From: a virus
Taxonomy: Duplodnaviria; Heunggongvirae; Uroviricota; Caudoviricetes
Reading direction: 5' to 3' (one strand)
DNA length: 64,000 bases
IMG/VR virus record: IMGVR_UViG_3300001336_000001
Span: 223,856 to 287,855 of that record
Shown in pieces: positions 39,706 through 50,585 of this stretch (within the stretch, counting starts at the first letter, position 1; each line of letters starts with the position of its first letter). The position numbers and the translations under genes are program-made. The notes under the pieces were generated by a model. That model saw only the letters and a program-made list of their open reading frames with translations, was not told where the DNA came from and searched no databases.

Positions 39706-41463
39706 TCATTTAGTACCACTAAATAACCACAAATATTCACCCCTTGGGTCTTGTATGTTACTAGGTACACCAGATTTAAAATTAGGTCTACCAGTACTAG
39801 CCTTATTTCTCTTATTTTTTGGTACGAATCCTGTATTATAAGCCTCGTCAACAACCTTGTTAGTTGAACCACTCGACCAACTACTTAAAATCGCCTTAGT
39901 TTGTTTTTCTAGTTTTTGTAGTTTCTTAAATGAAGATTCCAAAATCCACAAAGCCATACCTAAAGACATTATGCAGTCATCATGATACCCATCCATATGG
40001 TCAGGTCTACCATTTTTATATATGAATGTTTTTAATTCATTTATTATCCTTTTAGACCTGATTTTAATGATATTTGTTCTTATCGCTATTTCAAGGTTAG
40101 ATATTAATTGTAATCTAACACCATTAACATTAAACCCAGAAACCCTCTTATCCTCACCACCTTTAATGTTGTCATAATGTAAATTTGGGTACTTTAACTC
40201 CTCCAATTTAGAACAAGTGGTATTCCCAACACCTATGTTATCAACAACAACATACGCACCGTACTTAATACCATAATCATTTATTATTTCAGCAAAAACA
40301 TCTGGCGGTATTTTACCTTGATATTCAGCAACTTGCTCCATTGTTGTAAAATTAATTATCTCAAAAGCAGAATAATCCGAACCATCCCCACGACTAACAT
40401 CAGCCGACAAAATATACTGATTACCCTCAACTGGCTCCTCCCAAATCCAAACTAAACCACTATTACCATCAAAGTATTTATCATCCACAAACTTAGGTTT
40501 GAGCACATTCTCATTATCATGCATGTTTATATACTCATCATCAACAACGTTACCCCCAGAACCTAAGAAAGATACATCCAATTCCTGAGCAATCCTTTTT
40601 TTATCATTATTCATACCTTTACACATTGAGCGATACCAAGTTGAGGTTGGTTTATAACCATCTTTAATCATTTTATCAAATGATGATAAAGTGAACTCAA
40701 CTTCATTAACAACTTCATCAGATTTAAGCCATTGTAAATCTTTATTATATCTAGGGTCTTGATACCACTTTAACTCAATGATGTTATAATCGTTTTCACC
40801 CTTTTCTGCTTGCTCATAAGTTTTATAATATAGCGGGTCATACCCATTGGGGGTTGAAATCAATATGGAACCACCACCAGTACCTAATGAAGTTATTGCA
40901 GCTGAATACAATTCAGCACCATTATCGATAAATGCTGCCTCATCAAAAATAAGTAGTGTTGGTGTATAACCACGTAAAGCATCGGTTGATGTAGCAACAG
41001 CGATTATTTTACTACCATTAGGTAACTCAATCTCAATTTGAGAATCTTTTATAAAAATACTAAGCTTTTCTTTTTCAGGTGTACCATAATATTCTGGCCC
41101 CCAAACCCATCTAGGTAGTTGTTGAATGTAATCCTTTATTCCTCTAGTAAATTTCTTAGCTAAATTAAGTTTGTTAGCAATAACAATTATTGTTTCTGGG
41201 TTATTTGAATCAGCAAAAGCACACTTTATTGCACTATAAGCTTGTGTTACAGTTGATATACCAGCCTGTCTAGGTTTTGTTACAATATTAAACCTGTTTA
41301 CTGAATACGAATCAATTATTTCCCTTTGTCTTGGGAACAATTTAAAAGGTACAAACCCCTCCTGTGTCTTATCGAACGTTGATAGGTAGTTTTGTATTGC
41401 ATATTTTGGGTCCATAACACATTTAGCGTATTCGGACAATATTTCACTAGTTGTTAACCTCAT
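39706..41463 (-). CDS. gp17: Terminase large subunit (T4 gp17-like)
   Basis: 'KPRQAGIST', 'LLIFDEAAF', 'STPNG', 'ADVSRGDGSD', 'HDDCIMS'. Confidence 0.93.
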   Translation of the reverse strand: MRLTTSEILSEYAKCVMDPKYAIQNYLSTFDKTQEGFVPFKLFPRQREIIDSYSVNRFNIVTKPRQAGISTVTQAYSAIKCAFADSNNPETIIVIANKLNLAKKFTRGIKDYIQQLPRWVWGPEYYGTPEKEKLSIFIKDSQIEIELPNGSKIIAVATSTDALRGYTPTLLIFDEAAFIDNGAELYSAAITSLGTGGGSILISTPNGYDPLYYKTYEQAEKGENDYNIIELKWYQDPRYNKDLQWLKSDEVVNEVEFTLSSFDKMIKDGYKPTSTWYRSMCKGMNNDKKRIAQELDVSFLGSGGNVVDDEYINMHDNENVLKPKFVDDKYFDGNSGLVWIWEEPVEGNQYILSADVSRGDGSDYSAFEIINFTTMEQVAEYQGKIPPDVFAEIINDYGIKYGAYVVVDNIGVGNTTCSKLEELKYPNLHYDNIKGGEDKRVSGFNVNGVRLQLISNLEIAIRTNIIKIRSKRIINELKTFIYKNGRPDHMDGYHDDCIMSLGMALWILESSFKKLQKLEKQTKAILSSWSSGSTNKVVDEAYNTGFVPKNKRNKASTGRPNFKSGVPSNIQDPRGEYLWLFSGTK

Positions 41464-41535
41464 AAAATTATCATTATTTCTAACAATAAATATGTATTAA
41501 CTAAAGAAAAAGGATAGATGCTACCTCTTATTTCA

Positions 41536-42666
41536 TTAAATCAAGTCTTCAGCACCAAAAAAATCGTCACCTATTGATTCTCTATAACTATCTTCTTTAA
41601 GTTCACGCTTAACCTTATCTAGTGTTTCACCTATAATCTCTTTACCTCGCTTAGTACCACCAAGAACCTCTTTCATTGTGGTAAAAAACTCCTTAGGCTC
41701 CAATTGCACTAAATCACTATAAACATGATGTTTTAATTTAAAATCTTCAGCTGGTATCATAGAACAAAATTTACCCCACAAAGCGGGACCACCTCTTAAA
41801 TCCCATAACTCCGCTTGTAAATAATCAGACTTATTAACTACGTATTCAGCAATGTTTTCTTTGGTCGGTAGACCAGCTGCGGATAACACTTCCATACAAC
41901 CCATAACTAATTCAAGTATTAAAACTGGGAATACCATAGCCTTAGCTTTGATTACTGGTCTGTTAACAGAGTCATCATTACCATAATCAACAACACAAGA
42001 ACCACCATTAACTGAAGTTTTCAAATCTGGTACCTGAAAATAAATGTAATCCGTACCCGACATTAATTTACTGTAGTTATTTGGTAACCTTGGGTTTAGT
42101 TTAGTTAATTCATCGTCAACTAAATGAAACATATGGCTGACCTTTTTAGCCGAACCATTAATCATACCATTAATAAATCTTCGTTTGTAAACAGAATCAT
42201 TCGCATACTCCATTTCTTCATGGTCCTCAAACTCTGTTAATATATCATCGGATGGGGTCTCTTTTTTATTTACTAATTCAACTCTAGGACTTAATTCGAC
42301 TTCAAATTGAACTTCATCATCAATATCAAACTCTTCCTTAACCATCTTTATTGCCAATTCCTCCAAAGTCTCTTTATGTTTACTTTCCATAGTCAAAACT
42401 TCACGCATAATTGGCATCATCATACTTTTTATTTCTTGGTTGTTTATTTCATCAACATCAAAAGCACGTCTACATCTCTCAACAACCTCTCTGAATCTCT
42501 CAGAAACAATTTTAGTCATAAAATTTCGTTCATCAGACACTGGGAAACAAGGGTTGTCACCAAATGATGTTTTATTTTCAATCAAATCCGATTCAACCGA
42601 TGGATGCATTCTTTCTTTAATATCATCTGAATACAATAAACTTTCTATTAACAATCTATTTCTCAT
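41536..42666 (-). CDS. Hypothetical protein
   Basis: 376-aa ORF. Confidence 0.6.
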   Translation of the reverse strand: MRNRLLIESLLYSDDIKERMHPSVESDLIENKTSFGDNPCFPVSDERNFMTKIVSERFREVVERCRRAFDVDEINNQEIKSMMMPIMREVLTMESKHKETLEELAIKMVKEEFDIDDEVQFEVELSPRVELVNKKETPSDDILTEFEDHEEMEYANDSVYKRRFINGMINGSAKKVSHMFHLVDDELTKLNPRLPNNYSKLMSGTDYIYFQVPDLKTSVNGGSCVVDYGNDDSVNRPVIKAKAMVFPVLILELVMGCMEVLSAAGLPTKENIAEYVVNKSDYLQAELWDLRGGPALWGKFCSMIPAEDFKLKHHVYSDLVQLEPKEFFTTMKEVLGGTKRGKEIIGETLDKVKRELKEDSYRESIGDDFFGAEDLI

Positions 42667-42668
42667 AA

Positions 42669-43154
42669 TTATTTTTTTATATCCTTAATTTTAATATTTT
42701 TAATAACTTTTCTATTAAGTATTGACTCATTAAACCTTATTGGTTTAGGGATTATTTCACTCATAAACCAATTATAATCATATGTTATATCATGCCCATA
42801 TCTATAAACTGCTATATCAACTTTACCATCAGGATATTTACCCTTAACATATAACCATTTATCATCATTAATTTTAAATGGTGTTTCACCAGGCATATCA
42901 CCAACATATTCAACAACTTTATCTGAATTTACAACCTCATTAACATCGCCTTTGGTTATAAAAGCACTCATGGGGCTATTTTCAATATCAGTATTCATAT
43001 TTGATATTTGTTGGTTTAAAGCTTCTATCTCAGATTTTGATTTCTGTATATCTTCTGGTTTCGGTAAATCACCATCAATCTTTATGTTAACCTCACCATC
43101 AGTAGTTCTACTAGTATCAACTATCTCACCTATTTGACTTTTTTTAAATCTCAT
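42669..43154 (-). CDS. Hypothetical protein
   Basis: 161-aa ORF. Confidence 0.6.
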   Translation of the reverse strand: MRFKKSQIGEIVDTSRTTDGEVNIKIDGDLPKPEDIQKSKSEIEALNQQISNMNTDIENSPMSAFITKGDVNEVVNSDKVVEYVGDMPGETPFKINDDKWLYVKGKYPDGKVDIAVYRYGHDITYDYNWFMSEIIPKPIRFNESILNRKVIKNIKIKDIKK

Positions 43155-43168
43155 CTTAATATTTTTAG

Positions 43169-43552
43169 TTATTTTTTATATTCTAAAACCAAATCTCTTT
43201 GATATAGAGTAGAATCAACATCTTCCTTACTTAACGCAAACGGGAAATACAACCTAACCGATGGATACTCATCATATGTAGTAATATCCTCCCAACCCAG
43301 TGAAAGTATACCATCCACAGCATCCCAAACAGCGAAAGTATCACTCTCTTGAACTAAATCAAAATGTATATCAGTAGTCAACTTACCAACTAAATTAATA
43401 AATTCACTATTTGGTGGCTCTGGTTTACCAGAAGCTGGTACAGAATCCCAATCCTCACCATCAATATTTTCAGTTGATTTTGAGAATAAAAATTCATACA
43501 TATAATTACCCTCCCAATTTTTACCTATTTTATTAATATAAACTAACTTCAT
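43169..43552 (-). CDS. Hypothetical protein
   Basis: ORF track; ATG 43552. Confidence 0.6.
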   Translation of the reverse strand: MKLVYINKIGKNWEGNYMYEFLFSKSTENIDGEDWDSVPASGKPEPPNSEFINLVGKLTTDIHFDLVQESDTFAVWDAVDGILSLGWEDITTYDEYPSVRLYFPFALSKEDVDSTLYQRDLVLEYKK

Positions 43553-43554
43553 AA

Positions 43555-44679
43555 TCACATTTTACCTGGTGGTGTTACAGCTGGCTTGACCTCCCAAATC
43601 CTCCTCCTTCTAGGTGATACAATTGGTTTTTTTGGTGTAACAACTGGTTTAGTTTTTGGTAATGTATTACCAAATACTTCATTTAATTTAAATTTAACCA
43701 TTCTTTTAAAATTATATACAAATTTACTACTATTTTCAGTAATATTCAAGTTATTTTCATTTTTCCTTAAATTAACTAAATAATCATATAACTCCCTAAT
43801 CTTATTATATGGTGTTGAATCCCTAAAAGCATTTAATCTGGTAATAGACAACTCATTTGACTTATCTAACAACTTTTTCCAATCATTAAAAACCCCCAAG
43901 TATTCTGGATTATCTTCAACAAAACGTTCAAAAGCGGGTAAATTTATATCACCACCAGTGAATATTTTTGATTGTTCTATTTTTGATTGGTCCAACGAAC
44001 CATCACTAGATATTATATTTTTAGCATCTAAAAAGGCCTTATTTATATCCCTGAGTGACTGTAAGTTGAGTAGCGCAATCTCCATATATTTAGATAATGG
44101 TTTCGTTAACACTGAATCACCTAAAGCTGGTTTAATCAATTCTTCAAAATCTGATAAAACCCTGTTAGCGTTTTTTTTCTTTAATAATAAAATTAAATCT
44201 TCTCTAACCTTACTAATTAATGTGTTTAAGTTTTTTAATAACCCATTTTTTTCATGCTCGCTATGCCATTTTTTAAACCCAGCCCCATCATAACCAGAAT
44301 CAGTTGTAAATTCGTCTTGTTTACTATTCCAATCAAATTTATCGATATAATAATGGGAATACTCATTACGCAAAGTTTTTAAAATATCAGATGGTATATC
44401 ATCAAAATTAAAATTATCCAGCTTGGTTACCTCAACAACCAAATCTGTTGACCCCTTTATGACTCTGTGAAAAGTATTTTTTGGTATAAAAAACTCCTCA
44501 TTAACCCTTAATCTAACTGGTAATTCATTGTCCATTTGAATAAACCAATCATTTTCATTAATAGGTACAACAAACCTATCTTCACGGTCTCTATGCCATG
44601 TTAATTCATCATTATCTACATTATTTTTAAATGTTCTAACGACCAAGTCATTATTTATTATTTCACTATAAGGTTTCAT
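43555..44679 (-). CDS. Protein with N-terminal cupin-like domain
   Basis: 'LTWHRDREDR...FFIPKNTFHRVIKG' two-motif cupin pattern. Confidence 0.55.
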   Translation of the reverse strand: MKPYSEIINNDLVVRTFKNNVDNDELTWHRDREDRFVVPINENDWFIQMDNELPVRLRVNEEFFIPKNTFHRVIKGSTDLVVEVTKLDNFNFDDIPSDILKTLRNEYSHYYIDKFDWNSKQDEFTTDSGYDGAGFKKWHSEHEKNGLLKNLNTLISKVREDLILLLKKKNANRVLSDFEELIKPALGDSVLTKPLSKYMEIALLNLQSLRDINKAFLDAKNIISSDGSLDQSKIEQSKIFTGGDINLPAFERFVEDNPEYLGVFNDWKKLLDKSNELSITRLNAFRDSTPYNKIRELYDYLVNLRKNENNLNITENSSKFVYNFKRMVKFKLNEVFGNTLPKTKPVVTPKKPIVSPRRRRIWEVKPAVTPPGKM

Positions 44680-44692
44680 ATACAATTACGTT

Positions 44693-46393
44693 TTACCACC
44701 ATTTTCCACCTCCACTAAGTCCTAATTTTTTTGAAAATCTTGGCAATCGGCAGCTCCAATAACCTGGTTGACATTTATCGTTATGGTTTCCCTTAGAACA
44801 ACCATGTCTACTATTATAACGTGATTTAGAATCATCATCACTTAATTTAGCCCTTAAACCACCAGAACCGAATCTAACAACTTTAACACCCCTAGGGTTT
44901 GAATCAGTTTTAGTATTACAACCTGGTACATACACCTTATAAGCACTACCGCCAGAACTTTCTCTACTTGGTGAATTAGATTCTTTACCTTTATACTTAT
45001 CAGATTCGTTTAATTGGTTTACACTTAAATCCTCCTCAATAAACTCCAATAATTTAATTTTTCCATTAATATTAACAAATTCACCAGTAAAATCCTCGAC
45101 AATAATTTTATCGTTTTCATTTAATTTAACTATTCCTTTATCGTATAAACTTTTTACTTCCGAAATTAACTTAAAATATTTATCAGAACCATACCTAAAA
45201 ACACACTCACTTAAAGGTATTGAATTATCAATATGGTATTGCAGTTCGTTTGACACTGGCTCATCGGATGTAATTTCCATTGGTTTAGACCATTCATCAC
45301 CACCTATTACATACTCATACATAAAATCATAAACGTCAACAACATGTGTTAATGATTTTGCCGCTAAATTAGATATCCACTCATGGTGAGAACTAATTAA
45401 TTCATCAACAACATCAATATCCATATTTAATATATCGAAAGTTATTCTTTTTAAAGTTTTTAAATCTTGAAAGAAGGTATAATTAGTTTTATCACGATTT
45501 TCACCAAAAACACCGTGATTACCCTGTAAAAACTGGTGAATATTTTGCATATTAACAGTTGCTGTTGTTATGTGCTCGACTGCCCAAGCGTGACCATCAG
45601 ATAATAAATCATCTACACTTTCATCACATGCTGATAATAAATCAGAAACTGATTGGTGTATGCTAAATATGTCATTAAAAAACATTTCGTTTTTAATTTC
45701 TGGGGTGTTAGAATTATTATCATAAACACTTAATTCATCAGTTTCCCACATACCCTTTTCAGGTGTAGAAGGTGTAAAATTAGTGTCTCCAGTTTCGAAT
45801 TTAGGGTCTGATGACTCTTCTAAACCACCATCATCAGAAACATCAAATTCATCATCAGAAGTGGATTCACCACTATCACCATCAGAACCTTCATCATCAC
45901 CCTTATTTATATTAACATCAACCTCAATATCATCATTACCACCACCAGATGAATTAATTTTAGAAATAATATCTTTTCTGTCATCATCTGGCATATCAGC
46001 AGTATTAGTTGCTGAAACAACTGAATTAATAGCAAATTTTTCTAATGAAAAATCAGGTTCACCTCTATTTTCTGTATATTTTCTTAAAGTAGTACCCAAT
46101 TTACCCGCCAACTGTTGAATATATTTTTCTGGGTCCTCATCTTCATCAGCTTCAACACCAGCATCAAATGGTTCATCATCGAAAGGTTTATCATCAGATG
46201 AATCAATATCTTCGTCATCATCAAAATCTATACCACCGAAATCTAAATCCTCATCATCAGAAACAGGTAAAGCTGGCTCACTAGGTGTGTCCAGCTTTAA
46301 TTTATACTTAACTTCTTCTTCTAGATTATATTCCTCTTCCTCGTCAGAAAACAAACCAGTAGTCCTCCCATCCGATGGAGTTTCAGTTAGACT
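44693..46393 (-). CDS. Acidic multidomain protein; probably the -1 frame extension of 46387-47457
   Basis: Frame is open back through the A10 run; only a TTG start at 46354; C-terminal 'KVVRFG...RHGC...PGYWSC' domain. Confidence 0.6.
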   Translation of the reverse strand, partial: SLTETPSDGRTTGLFSDEEEEYNLEEEVKYKLKLDTPSEPALPVSDDEDLDFGGIDFDDDEDIDSSDDKPFDDEPFDAGVEADEDEDPEKYIQQLAGKLGTTLRKYTENRGEPDFSLEKFAINSVVSATNTADMPDDDRKDIISKINSSGGGNDDIEVDVNINKGDDEGSDGDSGESTSDDEFDVSDDGGLEESSDPKFETGDTNFTPSTPEKGMWETDELSVYDNNSNTPEIKNEMFFNDIFSIHQSVSDLLSACDESVDDLLSDGHAWAVEHITTATVNMQNIHQFLQGNHGVFGENRDKTNYTFFQDLKTLKRITFDILNMDIDVVDELISSHHEWISNLAAKSLTHVVDVYDFMYEYVIGGDEWSKPMEITSDEPVSNELQYHIDNSIPLSECVFRYGSDKYFKLISEVKSLYDKGIVKLNENDKIIVEDFTGEFVNINGKIKLLEFIEEDLSVNQLNESDKYKGKESNSPSRESSGGSAYKVYVPGCNTKTDSNPRGVKVVRFGSGGLRAKLSDDDSKSRYNSRHGCSKGNHNDKCQPGYWSCRLPRFSKKLGLSGGGKWW

Positions 46394-47457
46394 TTTTTTT
46401 TTAATGTATTTAATAAGGCTTCTTTCTCAGACTCAGTTAAAGAGTTAATAAAGTTTATCACGTTTTTTTCAGTTAAATTTTCATTAACATTACCATATTT
46501 ATCATTTAATTTATCCCAATCATCATGACTAACATATATTTTTTCAGTAGTATCATCTGAAAACGTAACAGTATAAGATTTATCACCATTTTGCTTAGCA
46601 CTTTTTACATCTTTACCTTTAACCTTAATATCTTTATCAGATTCAATAACGATATTCTCCATCATATCGATAGCCTTAGAAATACTAAACCTACCCTTTT
46701 TAGATTCATTAACTTCTTTATTTTTTTTATCACAAAATTCATCAGCATCATCCATGTCGTCAAATTTCTTAATAACTTCAACATCACCATCAACATCATC
46801 CTCACTAGTCACATAATATGATGTACCATCAAAAACAACAACATGTGACTCCACTAACAATCTATCAATTGCCATTTCATTCTCAGATAACTTAACAGCT
46901 TCAAATTCATCATCAACATCTTTTTCAGCTACATTATCCCCAAATTGACCTTCTTCCTTACCTTCTTTAGTGTCATAAGTCAATTTATCACCTTTTTTAT
47001 CAACAATATATTCGGCACCATCACCCATACCTTTAGTAGCACTTAATTTTTGGTCAGCACTATACGGGTGGTGTTCAGTTAATAAATTATCATCTTCGAA
47101 CACATTAATATTACCAGTTTTACCATACGCCTCATTCAAACTCATAAACTTCAAATTTAATTGTTTTATTGCTTTAGCATATGAAGGGTAAGACTCACTT
47201 TTTTTATTACCCAATCCACCGATATAATTAAAATCCTCAGTAACCAAGTTACTTGTCTTATTTGTAACCTTGATATAATACTCAGAACCCTCTTTAACAA
47301 TACCATAAACCCTACCATCGGGTCCAACTTTTGTTAATTCAACTGATGAGTTTTTAACATCCTCCTTTATAACAGAAGCACCCATCAACTCCTTCATTCT
47401 ATTAATTTTTTCAGAACCCTTAAGTCCAGTAGGCCTAACAATAAATGGTTTTTTCAT
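46387..47457 (-). CDS. Putative head-internal protein ending LKKKV at a slippery A10 run
   Basis: 356 aa; many (I/L/V)xE motifs. Confidence 0.65.
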   Translation of the reverse strand: MKKPFIVRPTGLKGSEKINRMKELMGASVIKEDVKNSSVELTKVGPDGRVYGIVKEGSEYYIKVTNKTSNLVTEDFNYIGGLGNKKSESYPSYAKAIKQLNLKFMSLNEAYGKTGNINVFEDDNLLTEHHPYSADQKLSATKGMGDGAEYIVDKKGDKLTYDTKEGKEEGQFGDNVAEKDVDDEFEAVKLSENEMAIDRLLVESHVVVFDGTSYYVTSEDDVDGDVEVIKKFDDMDDADEFCDKKNKEVNESKKGRFSISKAIDMMENIVIESDKDIKVKGKDVKSAKQNGDKSYTVTFSDDTTEKIYVSHDDWDKLNDKYGNVNENLTEKNVINFINSLTESEKEALLNTLKKKV

Positions 47458-47484
47458 ATTTTTATTTTTTATGATTTTTTTTAA

Positions 47485-47742
47485 TTAAACACTAATAGAC
47501 CCCAAATAAGGACTACCAGTTACAACATCTTTATTAAATCCAAGTAAAAAACATCCAGAACCACCAGCAACTGTTCTAAAACGTAAATCGAATCTCGAAC
47601 CAGCCGCAACTGCTACTGAAACACCGTTTAAAGTTATTGAACATCCAGAACCACCACCATAAACTTGTGTGTAGACGTGTTTATCAAGGTCAGCATCTGT
47701 AGCACTAACAATAACTGTATATACATCATTTAACTTAGACAT
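47485..47742 (-). CDS. Small putative virion protein
   Basis: 85 aa; late motif at 47755-47763. Confidence 0.55.
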   Translation of the reverse strand: MSKLNDVYTVIVSATDADLDKHVYTQVYGGGSGCSITLNGVSVAVAAGSRFDLRFRTVAGGSGCFLLGFNKDVVTGSPYLGSISV

Positions 47743-47806
47743 AATCTTTTTTATTATAAATATATTGAAAAAAAGAAAAAAGAAAATATATAAAAAAAAA
47801 CCACAA

Positions 47807-48202
47807 TTAATGTGGTTTTAAATTAAATCTTTCCTTAACTTTTTCCGATATTGGTTCTGGTTCCCCATCCTCATCTATTTTAACGAATACAATCTCATTG
47901 CTAGTAATTATCTTTTGTTCACCAGAATACGGGTTGTGCCTTCTAGCCTCTAATCGTAAGGTCACAGATGTGTTACCAATCGATAATACTTCACCGTAAA
48001 TCTTTACTATTCTATTTACCTTTACTTTCTTGGCAAAGGTTACTTCACCAAATTTAACAGTTACAACTCTTGGGCTATCAACAACCTGTGCCGCTAATAC
48101 CCCACCAGATTCATCTAGCCACGCCAATAACTTTCCACCGAATAAATTACCGTGTGTGCCTAAATCAGATTCTTTTACTACTCTACTTGTAATTAACTCC
48201 AT
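47807..48202 (-). CDS. Acyl-CoA thioesterase (hotdog fold, YciA-like)
   Basis: 'DLGTHGNLFGGKLLAWLDE', 'IGNTSV', 'FVKIDEDG'. Confidence 0.88.
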   Translation of the reverse strand: MELITSRVVKESDLGTHGNLFGGKLLAWLDESGGVLAAQVVDSPRVVTVKFGEVTFAKKVKVNRIVKIYGEVLSIGNTSVTLRLEARRHNPYSGEQKIITSNEIVFVKIDEDGEPEPISEKVKERFNLKPH

Positions 48203-48219
48203 TTATTTATATTATTATT

Positions 48220-49356
48220 TTAGTTTGATAACGGCATTTTTATTGTTGGGTGTGATTGATAGTTTTCAATTGTAAAATCATTAACAGAATAAGTTGGTAA
48301 ACAATCACCTTCAACCCATTTAACTTCTGTTTCAATTTTCAATGTTGGTAGTGGATATGGTTCTCTATTTAACTGTTCTTTAATCCCATCAATTTGATTT
48401 TTATATATGTGAGTGTCCCCTAAATTACCAATCAATTCATCAGGTATCATATTAACAATTTTACCAATTATTTCAAGTAACAAAGCATATGAGGCAATAT
48501 TAAACGGAAGACCTAATGGTGTATCTACTGAACGTTGATTCCACATTAAAGAGATTGCTCTGGTTGGGATATTATATTCTTGGAAGTAACTCTCCATCTT
48601 TTCTTTGTTGGTAGAGCCTTTAATAGATGGAGTTTTCAATCGATTACAAGTTTCAAAATACAACCTTTGTCTTTCATCCATACTCAACTCTCTTGTAAAA
48701 AACTGAAAATCTGTATGACAAGGTGGAAGTGTCATTTGGTCTAACTCACCTACATTCCAAGCATTAACTCTATTACGTCTTGAGTCTGGGTCTGTTTTAA
48801 GTAGATTGATTGAGTTTGCGATTTGGTCTATTTCAAAATAACCACTTTCTTTATTAAGAATTGCTTGCTCGTTAAATCCACTAGTTATCCAACCTCTCCA
48901 TTGTGCCCCATAAATTGGACCTAGGTCACCATACTCTTTAGCAAACTCATCATCTGTTTTAATTTTATTGATGAATTCTTCTTTTGATAAGATTGGCTCG
49001 TAAGGGAACATATGGTTAAGCTTTCGCACAGAAGTGTCACCATATTTTCCATCTAACGGGTGTGCTTTTGATGAAACATACGATTTATAAGCATCACCAT
49101 CCCAAATATGGCAATTATTATCAACGAGATACTTAATGTTTGTGTCACCACGCAAGAACCACAGTAACTCAGTTACAATTCCTTTGAAGTACATTTTTTT
49201 AGTAGTCAACAGCGGAAAACCAAGTTTCATATCATGTCTAATTTGTCTACCAAATACTGATATTGTACCTGTACATGTCCTATCTTCTTTCTCAACCCCA
49301 TTTTTTAGGATATCTTTAAGGAGCCTAAGGTATTGATATTCTATATTATTATTCAT
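48220..49356 (-). CDS. thyA: Thymidylate synthase
   Basis: 'FPLLTTKK', 'ELLWFLRG', 'LGPIYGAQWR', 'LPPCH', 'QRSVDTPLGLPFN'. Confidence 0.96.
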   Translation of the reverse strand: MNNNIEYQYLRLLKDILKNGVEKEDRTCTGTISVFGRQIRHDMKLGFPLLTTKKMYFKGIVTELLWFLRGDTNIKYLVDNNCHIWDGDAYKSYVSSKAHPLDGKYGDTSVRKLNHMFPYEPILSKEEFINKIKTDDEFAKEYGDLGPIYGAQWRGWITSGFNEQAILNKESGYFEIDQIANSINLLKTDPDSRRNRVNAWNVGELDQMTLPPCHTDFQFFTRELSMDERQRLYFETCNRLKTPSIKGSTNKEKMESYFQEYNIPTRAISLMWNQRSVDTPLGLPFNIASYALLLEIIGKIVNMIPDELIGNLGDTHIYKNQIDGIKEQLNREPYPLPTLKIETEVKWVEGDCLPTYSVNDFTIENYQSHPTIKMPLSN

Positions 49357-49379
49357 TTCTCTTTGTATTTTATTTATTT

Positions 49380-49601
49380 CTAATGGTGTCTAGTTATATC
49401 CAACAAGGCATGTAATTCCATTTTTAATGAATCTCTACCCACTTGAATTAAATGGTTTTTAATTTTGGTAATTGGGTCGTTATCATAATAAATCGTGGTT
49501 GCGTGACCATTAACACCTTTAATGCAAAAATAATCATCATTAATGTTGTAAACATCCAAATTCATTAAGTTTACCAATTTTAATATTTCTTCTTTAGTCA
49601 T
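49380..49601 (-). CDS. Hypothetical protein
   Basis: 73-aa ORF in operon. Confidence 0.55.
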   Translation of the reverse strand: MTKEEILKLVNLMNLDVYNINDDYFCIKGVNGHATTIYYDNDPITKIKNHLIQVGRDSLKMELHALLDITRHH

Positions 49602-49613
49602 AACAATATATTA

Positions 49614-50048
49614 TCAAGCTTCAATACCTGGGTTAAAGTAATTAGTAATCTTATTAACCAACCCCATTAATCTTTGTTCATTAAATGTTTGACTTTGGTC
49701 AAAATCTGAAACAATGCGCTCCATTTCGTTAATTATGGATTCTTGTCTCTTAATTATCTCTTCCTGTTTTAATTTATTAATTTCTTCAGTAATTAAGTTA
49801 GCATCAACACTACCCCCCTTCTCAAATTGGTACTGTTTTATATTACTATTCAAAACTACACCTTGACTATCGGCTATTTCAAAACGCATATAATCAGAAC
49901 TAGAAACGCCCAAATATTTATACTGTACACCTCGTTTAAACGTTATAACCAAATCCTTATTGGTTTTATTATACTCTGAAGCCAAAATGTTTGACGAATC
50001 ATAGATGGCTTTAATGACACCATCTTTCTCTACTCTTTTTAAAATCAT
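49614..50048 (-). CDS. KTSC-domain protein
   Basis: 'SSNILASEY...LVITFKRGVQYKYLGV...ADSQG..LNSNIK'. Confidence 0.8.
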   Translation of the reverse strand: MILKRVEKDGVIKAIYDSSNILASEYNKTNKDLVITFKRGVQYKYLGVSSSDYMRFEIADSQGVVLNSNIKQYQFEKGGSVDANLITEEINKLKQEEIIKRQESIINEMERIVSDFDQSQTFNEQRLMGLVNKITNYFNPGIEA

Positions 50049-50054
50049 ACTACT

Positions 50055-50279
50055 TTATTTATTATTTGTTATTAATTTTGCTATATAACCATAAGCAACA
50101 TTTACATTTTCACTACTAAACCCATCATTAATACTATAATCACTAATCTTTGGTACTTCGTAATTTATATGTATATATTGACCAAATCTCAAATCTTGTT
50201 CGTCTCTACTATTACCATACTTATTAGTCCAAGTAAGAAATTCACTATTTAATTTATCAATTGTTAACTTTTCTTTCAT
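50055..50279 (-). CDS. Hypothetical protein
   Basis: 74-aa ORF; 'DLRFGQ'. Confidence 0.5.
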   Translation of the reverse strand: MKEKLTIDKLNSEFLTWTNKYGNSRDEQDLRFGQYIHINYEVPKISDYSINDGFSSENVNVAYGYIAKLITNNK

Positions 50280-50469
50280 AACACCTATATTGTAAAACGT
50301 CTTTTAAATCATAAACCACCGTTTCCGTAAAACTACCATCATACATCTTAGTAATCAACAAAAAACCCCCAGAGATTTCAATATTTATAACATTACTTAT
50401 CTCATCTACATTATAATTGTGTTGATTATAACGTTTTATTTTTAAAGCAACTGTCTCGTATTTAACCAT
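50257..50469 (-). CDS. Hypothetical protein
   Basis: 70-aa ORF at head of operon. Confidence 0.5.
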   Translation of the reverse strand: MVKYETVALKIKRYNQHNYNVDEISNVINIEISGGFLLITKMYDGSFTETVVYDLKDVLQYRCYERKVNN

Positions 50470-50505
50470 TTCCTAATTTATTATAAAATATAATTATATT
50501 AGGTG

Positions 50506-50569
50506 CAAATATATTAATATTTATTGTTAAAATCAAGTGTTGATTTTTAATTATAAATTAGTAACTTTG
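50506..50569. promoter_or_regulatory. Divergent pair of Bacteroidota-type promoters
   Basis: Minus: TTG(50536)-N20-TATATTTG; plus: TTG(50540)-N19-TAACTTTG. Confidence 0.75.
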
Positions 50570-50585
50570 TATAAAAATTCAATTT

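Noticed and set aside
48220-49356. Intron or intein in the long thyA
   Set aside because: ORF is uninterrupted and the extra length consists of short in-frame insertions without splicing motifs.
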